Source of the DNA: a bacterium
GTDB lineage: Archaea > Thermoplasmatota > E2 > JACPAO01 > JAHFTW01
Reading direction: 5' to 3'
Assembly: GCA_040390065.1 (NCBI GenBank)
Contig: JAZJZE010000009.1
Coordinates: 192,001-256,000, forward strand
Length of the DNA: 64,000 nt
Position numbers and translations under genes: made by a program. Of this stretch, positions 20,741-30,757 are shown in pieces. Every line of letters starts with the position of its first letter. The stretch's first letter is position 1. Under the pieces are notes generated by a model. It worked only from the letters and a program-made list of their open reading frames with translations. It searched no databases and was not told the origin of the DNA.

Positions 20741-21172
20741 ATGCGGACGAGGGCGCTCGCCATCGCCGCCGCCATTGCCCTGGCTGGCTGCAGCCAAACG
20801 CCATCCGCCCATCCCTTCAGCACGATGCCATGCCAGGGGCTGACGGGCCCGCCCTCATCAGTCGTGCTGGCGCACGTCAGCGTCAGCCGTTCGCCGAGCG
20901 ACCCACCCGCTCCCAGCCTGGCCAACGTGACGGCCTGGATCAAGGACCGCGCCGGCCACCTGCGGTCTAGCCCCCACGACCTCGACGACGACGGCTGCAT
21001 CGCCTTTGGCATCGAGGGCACGGGCGAATTCGCCATCGACGCATCCACCTGCACGCCAAACGAGAACGGCGTCGTGGCTTGCTGCGGCTGGAACGCCAAC
21101 ACGGGTTGGTTCGTGCCGGACGCCGGCGTGGGAAGGTCGTTCGGCCTTCACCTGACGTTCAGCTGCGCCTAG
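20741..21172 (+). CDS. Hypothetical lipoprotein
   Basis: ALAGC lipobox; Cys-rich. Confidence 0.6.
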   Translation: MRTRALAIAAAIALAGCSQTPSAHPFSTMPCQGLTGPPSSVVLAHVSVSRSPSDPPAPSLANVTAWIKDRAGHLRSSPHDLDDDGCIAFGIEGTGEFAIDASTCTPNENGVVACCGWNANTGWFVPDAGVGRSFGLHLTFSCA

Positions 21173-21439
21173 AGGTCATTGCATAACTTCCAGGAGGCCT
21201 GCGCGCGCCGGTTTGCAAGGAGGGCTAGGAGGAGTTGCCGACCACGTGGCACCGCCACGCCGAGGCAATTCCGACGACGCCATCCGCCGTAAAGCGGCGC
21301 GCCCTCCGGGTCATTTTCCGGCCACACACTCCCGTCGCGGGCGGCCTTGGCGGGCTGCCGGCCCGCCGGCGGCCGCCCGCAACGGGATTGCGAAGGCCGG
21401 AAAATGACGCAGGCACCCTGGCCGTTATGAAACGGCCTC
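21172..21439. mobile_element. MITE copy 1 (268 bp)
   Basis: Imperfect TIRs GAGGTCATTGCATAAC / GTTATGAAACGGCCTC, flanked by TA; inverted homolog at 24947-25134. Confidence 0.8.
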
Positions 21440-21485
21440 TAAGGGCGGTCTCCTCATATCCGACCTGCCCGTGTCGCGCACAAGC

Positions 21486-22022
21486 ATGGTCCGCGTCGCG
21501 CTCACTGGCACCCCCGGCGTCGGCAAGACGACCCTCGCCGCCGTCGCGGCCGCGCACGGTTGGCGCGTCGTGGATGTCAAGGTCTGGGCACGGGCCGTCG
21601 GCGCCGTGGTCGGCCACGACGCAGCCGACGAGGCGGACGTCATCGACGTGGACAGGCTCGCGACCTTCGTCCAGCCGCAACCATACGACGTCGTGTACGA
21701 AGGGCACCTGAGCCATCTTCTGCCGCTTGACGCGGCGTGGGTCGTGCGATGCGATCCGCGGGTCCTTGCCCAACGCTTGGCCAATCGCGGCTACAGCCCC
21801 GCGAAGCTGCGGGAGAACCTCGAAGCCGAGGCACTCGACATCGTGCTGCAGGAGGCCCTCGACCAGTTGCCCGTGGTCATCCAGCGCGACGGCACGCGCC
21901 GAAGCCCAGCCGCGCTCTTCAAGGCATTTGCCGATGCGACGCGCGCAGGCGCTAAAGGGCACGACCTGGAGCCCGTCGACTGGAGCGACCAGCTCCCAAT
22001 CGGAGCCACACATGGTCCTTGA
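21486..22022 (+). CDS. Adenylate kinase, AK6/Fap7 type
   Basis: TGTPGVGKTT P-loop, EGHLSH, RGYSPAKLRENLEAE. Confidence 0.88.
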   Translation: MVRVALTGTPGVGKTTLAAVAAAHGWRVVDVKVWARAVGAVVGHDAADEADVIDVDRLATFVQPQPYDVVYEGHLSHLLPLDAAWVVRCDPRVLAQRLANRGYSPAKLRENLEAEALDIVLQEALDQLPVVIQRDGTRRSPAALFKAFADATRAGAKGHDLEPVDWSDQLPIGATHGP

Positions 22023-22671
22023 CAACTACCGGCGCAGCCTCGACTGGTGGCTCGTGCCGCTTGCCAAGGCATGCCGCAACGTTCCGCCCGACACGATCAC
22101 GTGGCTGAGCCTCCTCGCCGCCGGAGCAGGAGGAATCCTGTTCTGGCTGTCCGGCCCGACGCACGCGGGCATCCTGATCCTGATGGGCGCCTGGGTCGGC
22201 GTCGGCCTCAACTCCATCCTGGACGTTCTCGACGGGAAGGTCGCGCAGCTGACAGGCCAGGCAACGCGGCGCGGCGACTACCTCGACCACTGCGTCGACC
22301 GCTTCAGCGACGCCTTCCTCATCATCGGCCTGGCCTTCTCGCCGTGGGCAGGGACCGGCATCGGCATCGCCGCCCTGGCAGGGACTCTCCTGACGAGTTA
22401 CATGGGCACCCAAGCCCAAGCCGTCGGCCAGCACCGCAACTACGCCGGCTTCCTCGGACGCGCCGACCGCATGGTGCTCCTGCTCTTCGCGCCGCTCGGA
22501 CAGGCGGTCTGGACGTCGTCGGGCCGCGGCCCCATCCACATCGGGGACTTGGAGACGAACTGGCTGGAACTGGTCCTGGCCTACTTCGCCGTCGTGGGCG
22601 CGCTCACGACGGTGCAGCGCTTCGTCGGCGGCTTGCGCGGCTTCGGCCCAGACGGCGAGATCCGCCGATGA
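22012..22671 (+). CDS. CDP-alcohol phosphatidyltransferase
   Basis: DVLDGKVA...GDYLDHCVDRFSD signature. Confidence 0.92.
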   Translation: MVLDNYRRSLDWWLVPLAKACRNVPPDTITWLSLLAAGAGGILFWLSGPTHAGILILMGAWVGVGLNSILDVLDGKVAQLTGQATRRGDYLDHCVDRFSDAFLIIGLAFSPWAGTGIGIAALAGTLLTSYMGTQAQAVGQHRNYAGFLGRADRMVLLLFAPLGQAVWTSSGRGPIHIGDLETNWLELVLAYFAVVGALTTVQRFVGGLRGFGPDGEIRR

Positions 22672-22718
22672 CTCCAATACAAAACCTAAATACGGGGCCA
22701 GCTCGCGTTCGCCCGCCG

Positions 22719-23132
22719 ATGACGCCCACACTGCTCCTGGTCGACGACGACCCCTCCTTCGTGCAGGACCTCAGCGACTTGCTGGTGACGTTCATGCCCG
22801 ACGCCAAAGTCCTCACGGCCACCTCGGGCGCCGCCGCCTTGGACATGCTCAAGGTGCAGCCCATCGACCTCATCATCTCCGACCGCCACATGCCCGGCAT
22901 GGACGGCCTCGAGCTCCTGCGCGCCGCCCGCGCCCACGACCCGACGATGCCGCGCATCCTCATGACGGGCGACCTGACGTTCGACACGGTCATGGCCGCC
23001 GTCGCCGAGGCGCGCATCTGCGAAGTGATTGCAAAGCCGCCGCAGGCGTCGACGACGATGGCCAGCATCCGCCGCCTGCTCGGGCTGCGAGCCTCGGGCC
23101 AAGAATGCTCGCCGATCGGCGCAGCGGCCTAA
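22719..23132 (+). CDS. Single-domain response regulator receiver
   Basis: LLVDDD, SDRHMPGMDG, MTG, KP. Confidence 0.88.
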   Translation: MTPTLLLVDDDPSFVQDLSDLLVTFMPDAKVLTATSGAAALDMLKVQPIDLIISDRHMPGMDGLELLRAARAHDPTMPRILMTGDLTFDTVMAAVAEARICEVIAKPPQASTTMASIRRLLGLRASGQECSPIGAAA

Positions 23133-23157
23133 ATTGGGCGTCCGGCTCCACCGGCAT

Positions 23158-23787
23158 CTAGCGCAGGCGCAACGACACGGCCACTCCATCCCGCAGCGGC
23201 AGCACGGTGGTGGCAAACGTCGCATCCTCGAGGGCAAGCCGCGTGTACTCCCGCACACCGCGCGTCGCCTCGTCGCGGATGGCTGCATCCGCCACCTTGC
23301 CCTGCCAGAGCGTGTTGTCCGTCAGGATGAGTCCGCCCTTTCGCACCCGCTTGCGGGCGATCTCCCAGGCATCCGGGTACTGCTCCTTGTCGATGTCGAT
23401 GAAGATGACGTCGAAGGGCCCCTTCTCCGAGCGCAGGGCGTCGCGGGCGTCGCCGACGCGGAACTCCACGCGGGACTTGAGCCGGGCCTTGCCGAGCCAC
23501 TGCTGCGCCTCGCGCGACAACGCGGCACTGCCGTCCGTGTGCACGACGCGGCCCTTCGGCCCGACGGCGCCAGCGAACCACACGGTCGAGTAGCCGAAGC
23601 CGGAACCCATCTCGAAGACACTGCGGGCACCGACGGCCGTCGCCAGTTGTGCGCAGAGCCGGCCGACGAGAGGGCCGATGATGGGAAAGCCGCGCTTCAT
23701 CCCCGAGGACTCCATCTCCAGCAGGACCTGGGAGGGCGCCGGCTGGATGCGGTGCAGGTACGCCTCGATGCCGGAATCGACGATCAT
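23158..23787 (-). CDS. O-methyltransferase (CCoAOMT-like)
   Basis: EMGSGFGYS, FIDIDKEQY, DNTLWQG, DGV. Confidence 0.9.
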   Translation of the reverse strand: MIVDSGIEAYLHRIQPAPSQVLLEMESSGMKRGFPIIGPLVGRLCAQLATAVGARSVFEMGSGFGYSTVWFAGAVGPKGRVVHTDGSAALSREAQQWLGKARLKSRVEFRVGDARDALRSEKGPFDVIFIDIDKEQYPDAWEIARKRVRKGGLILTDNTLWQGKVADAAIRDEATRGVREYTRLALEDATFATTVLPLRDGVAVSLRLR

Positions 23788-24242
23788 CGCAGCCGCCTCC
23801 CCTTGGTCGGGCGACGCGCCGGCGCGGCCCCCGCCCTCTTGCCAGATTGCGACGCCCCGGCCTTGGGCCTTGCCTTCGCTTTGCTCGATGCCGGCGCGGG
23901 AAGCTGCGCGATGCGGGCATGCACGATGGCCTTCACGAGGGCGGCAGGCAACGGCCTCGCCGGCGTGAAGTGCACGGTGCTGCTGACGACCTCCACCCCG
24001 GGGTACTCCCGGGCCATGTCCGCGGCAAGGTAGCCCCCGAACAGGCTGCAGTGGCGTTGGAATGATCCCATCGAGACCAACGTGCGGCCGCCGAAGAAGA
24101 AGGCGGGCACCTTGTAGCTCAGGCGCTCCGTGGCGGTCGGGGCGGCCACCAGGATGGTCTTGCGCAGGCGAAGCAATGCCGTGCGGTGGGCCGCAGGGGC
24201 CGCGGCCAAGTAGGCGGCGACGTCGGCAGGGGGATGGCGCAT
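23784..24242 (-). CDS. DUF1801/YdhG-like protein
   Basis: VAAYLA, ERLSYKVPAF, HCSLF, PLPAALVKAIV. Confidence 0.8.
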   Translation of the reverse strand: MRHPPADVAAYLAAAPAAHRTALLRLRKTILVAAPTATERLSYKVPAFFFGGRTLVSMGSFQRHCSLFGGYLAADMAREYPGVEVVSSTVHFTPARPLPAALVKAIVHARIAQLPAPASSKAKARPKAGASQSGKRAGAAPARRPTKGRRLR

Positions 24243-24281
24243 GACCCGCGATGGCCTTCGGGTTCATCAACGCCGCCGGCC

Positions 24282-24947
24282 ATGGCGAATCGCGTGAACA
24301 TCGTCCGTTGCGGCGGCCGTGGGTGGGATTCCAATCAGTTCCTCGTGAAGGACGAGAAGTCGAACCGCTTCGACATGGTGGACGCCGGACACGGCCTCGA
24401 TTTCGCCAACGTCCTGCGCGACGTCGCCGCCGTCATCGAGCCGAGTCGCGTGCGCAACGTCGTCGTGACCCACGAACACCTCGACCACGTCAACGGCTTG
24501 CCGCAGTGGAAAGCCTTGGGCGCGACGCTTCTGGCCTCGCGGGGCGCCGCGCACAAGCTACGCGAAGGGCGGGACCCGACGTCGGAGCGCTTCGGCGCCC
24601 GCATCCCGCAACTGGAAGTGGGCATCCTCGACGATGGCGAACGCGTCCAACTCGGCGCCGCGCAATTCGACGTCCTCGCGACACCGGGCCACTCCCCGGG
24701 CTCTGCCTGCTACTGGCATGAATCCTCAGGCACGTTGTTCTCCGGCGACACGCTGTTTGCCGACGGCGGCATCGGACGCTTCGATTTCCCCGACGGCGAC
24801 GTCGCCACGGAAGCGCAAGCCATCATGCGCCTGTCCAAGTTGCAGGTCCGGATGCTGCACTGCGGCCACGGGCCGAGCGTGGAGGGGGAGGACGCCGTCC
24901 GCAGCGTCGCAGCGAGCCTCCGGCACGTCCAGTCCTGCCTGCCCTAG
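24282..24947 (+). CDS. MBL-fold metallo-hydrolase
   Basis: THEHLDHV, TPGHSPGS, SGDTLF, GHG. Confidence 0.92.
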   Translation: MANRVNIVRCGGRGWDSNQFLVKDEKSNRFDMVDAGHGLDFANVLRDVAAVIEPSRVRNVVVTHEHLDHVNGLPQWKALGATLLASRGAAHKLREGRDPTSERFGARIPQLEVGILDDGERVQLGAAQFDVLATPGHSPGSACYWHESSGTLFSGDTLFADGGIGRFDFPDGDVATEAQAIMRLSKLQVRMLHCGHGPSVEGEDAVRSVAASLRHVQSCLP

Positions 24948-25134
24948 AGGTCATTGCATAACTTCCAGGGTGGCCTGCGAAGGCCGAACAACGACCCGCA
25001 AGGGCGCGCCGCCTTGCGGCGGATGGCGTCGTCGGATCCGGCTCGGCGTGGCGCTGCCACGCTGTCACCGAATCCTCCTAGCCCTCCTTGCAACCCGGCG
25101 CGCGCAGGCCTCCTGGAGGCCATGCAACGACCTC
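24947..25134. mobile_element. MITE copy 2 (188 bp)
   Basis: cta-GAGGTCATTGCAT...ATGCAACGACCTC-tag; lies between the TAG stops of two convergent genes. Confidence 0.82.
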
Positions 25135-25610
25135 TAGTAGGGTGGGACGTCGGCTTCACCGCGCGCCGTCGGGAAGCCGTCGAAGACGATGCGGGTGAGG
25201 TGCGGCGCCCCCCCCGGCGTCGTGAAGCGCACGGTCAAGTCCGACCCAGAGTTGGCCCCCACGGAGGATGGACCCGCCAGGTCGCCAAACGGGACGCCGC
25301 CGCCCTGCGCGTCTGCCGCGCTCCAGGCCAGCGTGGTCTCGACGGTGACGTTGTTGGGGTTGTCCATGTGCAGGCGCACGACGTGGCATTCCTCGTGGAA
25401 GTCCGTGACCCCGTCCGGGCAGCGGCCGGCTTCGATGTGGGCGTCGCGCACTGAGAGCGTCACAGGGTGCGGGGGGAGATGGACGTCGGGCAAGGCCGGC
25501 AGGCCGTTCAGGCGCGATGGGTTCGCGGGACTGGAGCACCCGGCAAGGAGAGTGAAGGCAACGGCGGCCACGGCGACGACGACTCGCACGAGTCGACGAC
25601 GCACGTGCAC
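25134..25610 (-). CDS. Hypothetical lipoprotein
   Basis: LLAGC lipobox; GTG start inferred. Confidence 0.65.
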   Translation of the reverse strand: MHVRRRLVRVVVAVAAVAFTLLAGCSSPANPSRLNGLPALPDVHLPPHPVTLSVRDAHIEAGRCPDGVTDFHEECHVVRLHMDNPNNVTVETTLAWSAADAQGGGVPFGDLAGPSSVGANSGSDLTVRFTTPGGAPHLTRIVFDGFPTARGEADVPPY

Positions 25611-25677
25611 CGACTTGAGGGTTTGGACGAAGTTCGGCGGCCTCGACCGATTCCTGCACCGGGCCGGCCTCGTCTTG

Positions 25678-25802
25678 CTCCGCCGACGCCCTCCGTGATA
25701 GGGCCGCGTGGCCGGCTTCCGCGCCGGCTTAACCACTGAGTTCACTGAGCGCACTGAACGCGCCGCGTCCGTAGTTCAGTGAATTCAGTGCGTTCAGTGG
25801 TT
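25678..25802. repeat. Repeat family A: palindrome with (CACTGAnnn)x3 / (TTCAGTGnn)x3 arms
   Basis: Arms at 25731-25759 and 25774-25802; homologous to 3-90. Confidence 0.85.
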
Positions 25803-25984
25803 CGCCCCTCGGCCGAGTGTGGGGGGCCGGGGAGAACAGGAGCCTTGCGCAGAGAAGGGGAATGAGTTCGTGTTCTCCGTTTGGCTCCCGTTCTCCCAGG
25901 CCGCCCATGCCTGAAAGACAGCGAAGTCGCCGAAGCCTGGAAAGGTCGCGTTCCGGTTTTTTCCGTGGCTTCCTCGTCTTTCAG

Positions 25985-26144
25985 GCCCCCCGGCGGCCCT
26001 CGCCATCGCTGCGCTCGGCTCGCCAAGCCCTCGCTTCACCGCGGCTTCGCCGTCGGCGTGCTCGCCCCGGCCGGGGGCTGGCAGGCCATCGGTTGCATCT
26101 GTTGCATCGGTTGACCCGGCGTGGACGTCGCCGCCGTCGGAGGA
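25985..26144. repeat. Dispersed repeat family B, copy 1
   Basis: Shares cccccggcggccc, gctcgccccggccgggggc and gtcgccgccgtcggagga, in order, with 49390-49536. Confidence 0.8.
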
Positions 26145-26185
26145 GATTGGGGACGGGTCGGCGCCTAGGAGACGCAGGGGGAATC

Positions 26186-26219
26186 CTACGCGCCCTTCAG
26201 CAGGTTGTTCGCGATGACC
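26186..26219 (-). repeat. Duplicate of the acyl-CoA dehydrogenase 3' end
   Basis: Encodes [10 protein letters not shown] like 26305-26338; 28/34 nt identical. Confidence 0.9.
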
Positions 26220-26304
26220 CCGCGGCCCGGCAAGCCGAGCCGCAGGGATTCCGCGGCCGAGCCGGCGGCATCGCGACCAATTCTCTGCGGGCGACTCGCT
26301 TCGC

Positions 26305-27450
26305 TCATGCGCCCTTGAGAAGATTGTTCGCGATGACCATCCTCTGGATCTCGCTCGTCCCCTCGTAGATCTCCGTGATCTTGGCGTCACGGAAGGCCCG
26401 CTCGACGGGGTAATCCTTCGTGTAGCCGTTGCCGCCGTGCACCTGGACGGCCTCCGTCGCAGTCCACATCGCCGTCTCCGAGGCGTACACCTTGGCCATG
26501 GAGGCCTCCTTGGAGTACGGCTTCTTCTCGTCCTTGAGGCGGGCTGCGCGATGGATGAGAAGGCGGGCGGCGTCGATGCGCGTCGCCATGTCGGCGATCT
26601 TCCATTGGATGGCCTGGTTGGAGCCGATGGGTTTGCCGAATTGGCGCCGCTGCTGCGCGTACGACAGGCTGGCCTCGTAGGCCCCGACGGCGATGCCGAG
26701 GGCTTGGCTTGCGATGCCGAGACGGCCGCCGTCGAGCGTCTTCATGGCGACCTTGAAGCCCTCGCCGACGGGCCCGAGGACGTTCTCGTCCGGCACCTGC
26801 ACGTTTTCGAAGAACAGCGGACAGCAGGGCGCGGCGCGGATGCCGAGTTTGTCCTCGGGTTTGCCGATGCGGAAACCGGGCGTGCCCTTCTCCACGAGGA
26901 ACGCGGTCTGGCCCTTGTGCCCGGCCGCCTTGTCCGTCTGGGCGAAGACGACGTACGTCTCGGCGAGTCCCGCATTCGTGATGAAGAGTTTCTGGCCGTT
27001 GAGGACGTAGCCGCGGCCGCTCTTGGTGGCCGTCGTCTGCATCGACACCACGTCGCTGCCGGCGTTGGGTTCCGTGAGTCCGTACGCGCCGAGCTTGCGG
27101 CCGGCGAGCATGGGCTTGAGGAAGCGTTCATGCTGGTCCGCGTTGCCGTACGTGTAGAGGGGCCAGCCGGACAAGGAATTGTTGACGGAGACGATGACGC
27201 CGGTCGAGGCGCAGACGCGCGACAGCTCCTCGATGGCGATGCAGTACGACACCATGTCCGTGCCCGCGCCGCCGGCCTCTTCGGGGAAATTCATTCCCAT
27301 GATGCCGAGGGCGCCAAGCTCGTGCGCCAACTCGGGTGGCCACCGGTGGGTCTCGTCCATCTCCTTGGCGATGGGGCGCAAGCGGCGCTCGGCGAACTCC
27401 CGCACGGTCTGGCGGATGAGGGCGTGCTCCGAGGTGGGCTCCAGGTCCAC
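26305..27450 (-). CDS. Acyl-CoA dehydrogenase (short/branched-chain type)
   Basis: [45 protein letters not shown]. Confidence 0.96.
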   Translation of the reverse strand: MDLEPTSEHALIRQTVREFAERRLRPIAKEMDETHRWPPELAHELGALGIMGMNFPEEAGGAGTDMVSYCIAIEELSRVCASTGVIVSVNNSLSGWPLYTYGNADQHERFLKPMLAGRKLGAYGLTEPNAGSDVVSMQTTATKSGRGYVLNGQKLFITNAGLAETYVVFAQTDKAAGHKGQTAFLVEKGTPGFRIGKPEDKLGIRAAPCCPLFFENVQVPDENVLGPVGEGFKVAMKTLDGGRLGIASQALGIAVGAYEASLSYAQQRRQFGKPIGSNQAIQWKIADMATRIDAARLLIHRAARLKDEKKPYSKEASMAKVYASETAMWTATEAVQVHGGNGYTKDYPVERAFRDAKITEIYEGTSEIQRMVIANNLLKGA

Positions 27451-27475
27451 GACGCGGCCAGGCGGGGCGCCGTCT

Positions 27476-28219
27476 TCAAGGCGACGGGGCGGTCCTGCTG
27501 ATCGGACGGGGGACGGAGTCCTTCATGGTGGCGATGGCGTCGTCCGAATAGGTGCCGAAGGCGAGGAGCATCGCCTCGCCGTCCTTCAGTTGGTACGCAA
27601 GGTGCGACGCCAGGTCCGGCTCGGCCCACGTCCACGTGCCATTGGCGAGCTTGGTCTCGAGGAAAAACCGCAGGGGGCGGTCGCCGGCTTGCCACGGGCC
27701 TTGCGGGTTCGAGGACTGCAAGGGCGCGCTCTTTGCGATGGAAAGGGACGCTGCAGTCACTTGCAGGTCGACGGCGGCAAACGCGGTCTGGATGCCCACG
27801 CAGTGGCCCTTGCCCTCGAAGTGGAACTGCGCAGGGCCGAGGTCCATGGCACCTTGCTCGGGCCGGCTCTGGTGCATGTGGACGTTGATGCTCATGAACG
27901 GGTCGACGCCGTAGTTGTAGTACGGCGCGCCCGACGACGTCGCCGGGGTGGACCAATCGATGCGGCGCGGCGAGTCCTGCTGCGGATCCGCCCCCCGGTC
28001 GGAGGGGACATAGACTGCGAACGTCGCATGCCAGTGGACGGGACACTCGGTCCCCGCCGCCGGCTGGGCTCCCGGCAACAAACCGGTACTGCCATCGTCG
28101 CCCGGGCTACAAGCGGCCTGCAGGAAGCCGCCGCAGTTTGACGACGGGTCGGCCGGCGTCGAGCATCCGGCAGCGAGCACGCCCGACACGAGCAGCGCGA
28201 CGACCAACACCCGGCCCAT
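27476..28219 (-). CDS. His-motif lipoprotein (HWH / HMH / FHFE)
   Basis: LAAGC lipobox; paralog of 31867..32718. Confidence 0.75.
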   Translation of the reverse strand: MGRVLVVALLVSGVLAAGCSTPADPSSNCGGFLQAACSPGDDGSTGLLPGAQPAAGTECPVHWHATFAVYVPSDRGADPQQDSPRRIDWSTPATSSGAPYYNYGVDPFMSINVHMHQSRPEQGAMDLGPAQFHFEGKGHCVGIQTAFAAVDLQVTAASLSIAKSAPLQSSNPQGPWQAGDRPLRFFLETKLANGTWTWAEPDLASHLAYQLKDGEAMLLAFGTYSDDAIATMKDSVPRPISRTAPSP

Positions 28220-28300
28220 GGTCAAGCCACTTCGCCCGGGGTCATGAAGGTGACCGTCGGGGACCGGCCACTTCAAGGCGCACGGCAGGGTCCGCCCGGC

Positions 28301-29500
28301 ATGGCCCGCGCGGATACCCACACCCCGTTGGCCGACGGGTCGCCCCTGGCCGAAGCGGCGGTCGATGCGTTCCTTGCCGGCCTCGCCGCAGGGCAACCGG
28401 ACGTCATCGTGAAGCGGGCCGTACGGCAAGGGCTCCTCGACGATTGGCTGCAGTCGCGCGAGAAGCCACGCATGATCTCCGTGCTGGCCATCGGCAAGGG
28501 GGCGCCCCGCATGCTCTGGGGCCTCGTCGAAGGTGGCGTGCCCTTTCGCGGCCTGGGTGTGGCGCCGCGCGGTGTGCCGGCGCCTGGCGTCGACACGTTC
28601 CGCTGGCTGGTCGGCGACCACCCCGTCGTGGGACCGGGCTCCCTGGCCGCGGGCCGCGACGTGCTGGCCTGGTGCGACGCCCTCCCCGCCGACGAGCCGC
28701 TCTTGGTCCTGCTGTCCGGGGGCTCGTCCGCCTGCCTCGAGGTGCCTGCCGAAGGCTTGTCCGACGCGGCCATGGTGGCGGCCAGCCGCGACCTCTTGGC
28801 GGCTGGCTTGCCCATCGAGGAACTCAACCGTCGGCGGGCCGCCATCTCCGCCGTGAAGGGCGGCAAGCTCGGCGCTCACCTGCTGCGGCGCACCGGGCGC
28901 ATCCGTGTCTGGGTTCTGGCCGACACGGACCCGGCAACGGCAGCTGCGACCATCGGCTCTGCACTCTTCTGGCAGGATCAGGCACCCGAGGCCATCCCGC
29001 ACCACGTGCTGGCGTCCGTCACGGAGCCCATCGTCGCCGCAGGCTTGCGCCTCGGCGCGACGGGCTGGTCGGTCTACCGGCACGCGGCACGCATCAGTGG
29101 ACCCATCGACGCGGCCGTAGCACAGTTCGCGGCGGCGCTTGCCGGGCTGCCGGCGGACCAGGACGTCGCCCTCGTCGGCGGCGGCGAGGCGGTCCTGCCC
29201 ATCCCGCCGGGGGCGCCGGCCGGTGGTCGCGCCCAACACGCCGCGCTCGCCTTTGCGGGCCACCTCCATCGCGCCCGGTCCGACGCCCTGGTCCTCTGCG
29301 CGGCGACCGACGGCGTGGACGGCACGAGCGATGCGGCCGGGGCGTGGGTGACTTCCGCCGCGTGGTCGCCGGAGGCCGACGCAGCGCTGCGGGGCTTCGA
29401 CTCGCACGCATACCTCACGCAACGCCGCCTCGTCCTGCACACGGGTCCGACCGGCACGAACCTCAACGACCTCTGGATTGCGTTGCGGCGGGCACGCTAG
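28301..29500 (+). CDS. Glycerate kinase type 2 (MOFRL family)
   Basis: IGKGA, LLSGGSS, KGGKL, GGE, TDGVDG, GPTGTNLNDL. Confidence 0.88.
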   Translation: MARADTHTPLADGSPLAEAAVDAFLAGLAAGQPDVIVKRAVRQGLLDDWLQSREKPRMISVLAIGKGAPRMLWGLVEGGVPFRGLGVAPRGVPAPGVDTFRWLVGDHPVVGPGSLAAGRDVLAWCDALPADEPLLVLLSGGSSACLEVPAEGLSDAAMVAASRDLLAAGLPIEELNRRRAAISAVKGGKLGAHLLRRTGRIRVWVLADTDPATAAATIGSALFWQDQAPEAIPHHVLASVTEPIVAAGLRLGATGWSVYRHAARISGPIDAAVAQFAAALAGLPADQDVALVGGGEAVLPIPPGAPAGGRAQHAALAFAGHLHRARSDALVLCAATDGVDGTSDAAGAWVTSAAWSPEADAALRGFDSHAYLTQRRLVLHTGPTGTNLNDLWIALRRAR

Positions 29501-30681
29501 GCCCGCGCCGCGACCGTGCACACCTGGACGAATTCCGCTTCGGCCTTGCCACACGCGGCGGCCCGTCCGGCGGCGTCGGCCACGAGGCTGTGCACCATGA
29601 TGCCAACGGCCCGATAACACAACAGCTTGCTATCCGTCGGCACCGTGGGGCAGAACGCGAAGCCCGGGGCGGCGTCGCCCTTGTTGTTGACCATCTCTTG
29701 CACGGCGCCGTAGATGCAATGGGGCAGGCGCGTCACGTTGCCCAGCCCGCACTGGCGAAGGACCTTGGGGCCATCTCGTAGCTGGGCCCCCGAGATGTCG
29801 CGGCCCATCGATTCGTAGCACACCTCGTCGAAGGGGGCAGGCGCCAGGTCGCAGGCGGCGAAGACCTCGCTCGTGGTCTTACCCTCCTTCAGGAGGACGG
29901 AGGATTGCATCCAGTAGCAGGCGTGCCACCAACGCTCGGCCACTTGATTGCACGGATACAGCGGGTCGGCTGGCCGCAGCGGCTCCCATGTCATGTTCAT
30001 GCCACCCATGCCCGACATGCCTGGCATGTCCTCGTGCTGCATCGTGACGTCGCCCTGGACGTTCTCCATGAAGACGCCGCCCGCGCACGACTCCCGCGCC
30101 CAGGAGTCGTCGAACAGGTCGCACCATTGCAAGGCGGTCGGCAACTGGTGCATCGCGACCATGTCGAGGCCGTGGCCGAGGCCGTGCAGGCACTGGAAAA
30201 AGCGGAACGAGCCCTCAGCGTCCGTGCACAGCGCCGTCACGTCGGCCTTCCGCGTGGGCGGTCCAACGTCGTTGAAGTGGCGCTCGAGGACGCCGTGGAA
30301 GCAGCCGGACGCCATGGTCGTGGGGCAGTGCCGCAGCGCCTCCGTCGACGAGGGGTAGTAGCCAAGGGAGGCCCGACCGAGATGGTGTGCGATGTTGTGC
30401 TGCTCGTGCATGACGGCGGCGTCGGAAGCGCTCAGCTGGTCCAGCAAGGCAAAGGCCGGCTCGAGTCCGTGTGCGAGCATGACGGCTTCGAGTTGGTCCT
30501 GGACGCAGGGCGTGCCGCCGACGTTGCAGGCCGCCGCGACCTGCGCCGCCGTCGGGACGGGAGGGCCCGCGGGCGTGTCGCCGCTGGCATGGTCCAACAA
30601 CGGCCAGGCGACGCCCGCCGCGAGGGCCGCGACGGCCACGGCCGCGACGGCGAACTGCAGCGCGGACCCAGCCACACCCAC
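29497..30681 (-). CDS. Membrane-anchored Cys/His-rich repeat protein
   Basis: N-terminal TM; HNIAHHLGR, GCFHGVLE, CLHGLGHGL, CAGGVFME; many spaced Cys. Confidence 0.75.
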   Translation of the reverse strand: MGVAGSALQFAVAAVAVAALAAGVAWPLLDHASGDTPAGPPVPTAAQVAAACNVGGTPCVQDQLEAVMLAHGLEPAFALLDQLSASDAAVMHEQHNIAHHLGRASLGYYPSSTEALRHCPTTMASGCFHGVLERHFNDVGPPTRKADVTALCTDAEGSFRFFQCLHGLGHGLDMVAMHQLPTALQWCDLFDDSWARESCAGGVFMENVQGDVTMQHEDMPGMSGMGGMNMTWEPLRPADPLYPCNQVAERWWHACYWMQSSVLLKEGKTTSEVFAACDLAPAPFDEVCYESMGRDISGAQLRDGPKVLRQCGLGNVTRLPHCIYGAVQEMVNNKGDAAPGFAFCPTVPTDSKLLCYRAVGIMVHSLVADAAGRAAACGKAEAEFVQVCTVAARA

Positions 30682-30757
30682 GCAGGCTGCCCGCCTCTTA
30701 TGAACGGCACGACCGGGGACGTTGGCCCCGCCGCACGCCGTTAAATAGGACCTGCTC

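Noticed and set aside
26186-26338. Diversity-generating retroelement TR/VR pair
   Set aside because: Only 34 bp long, mismatches are synonymous rather than adenine-specific, and there is no reverse transcriptase in the window.
25794-26368. ORFs across the acd downstream intergenic region
   Set aside because: The translations reflect repeats (TDATDATD, TEFTE) and lack coding features.
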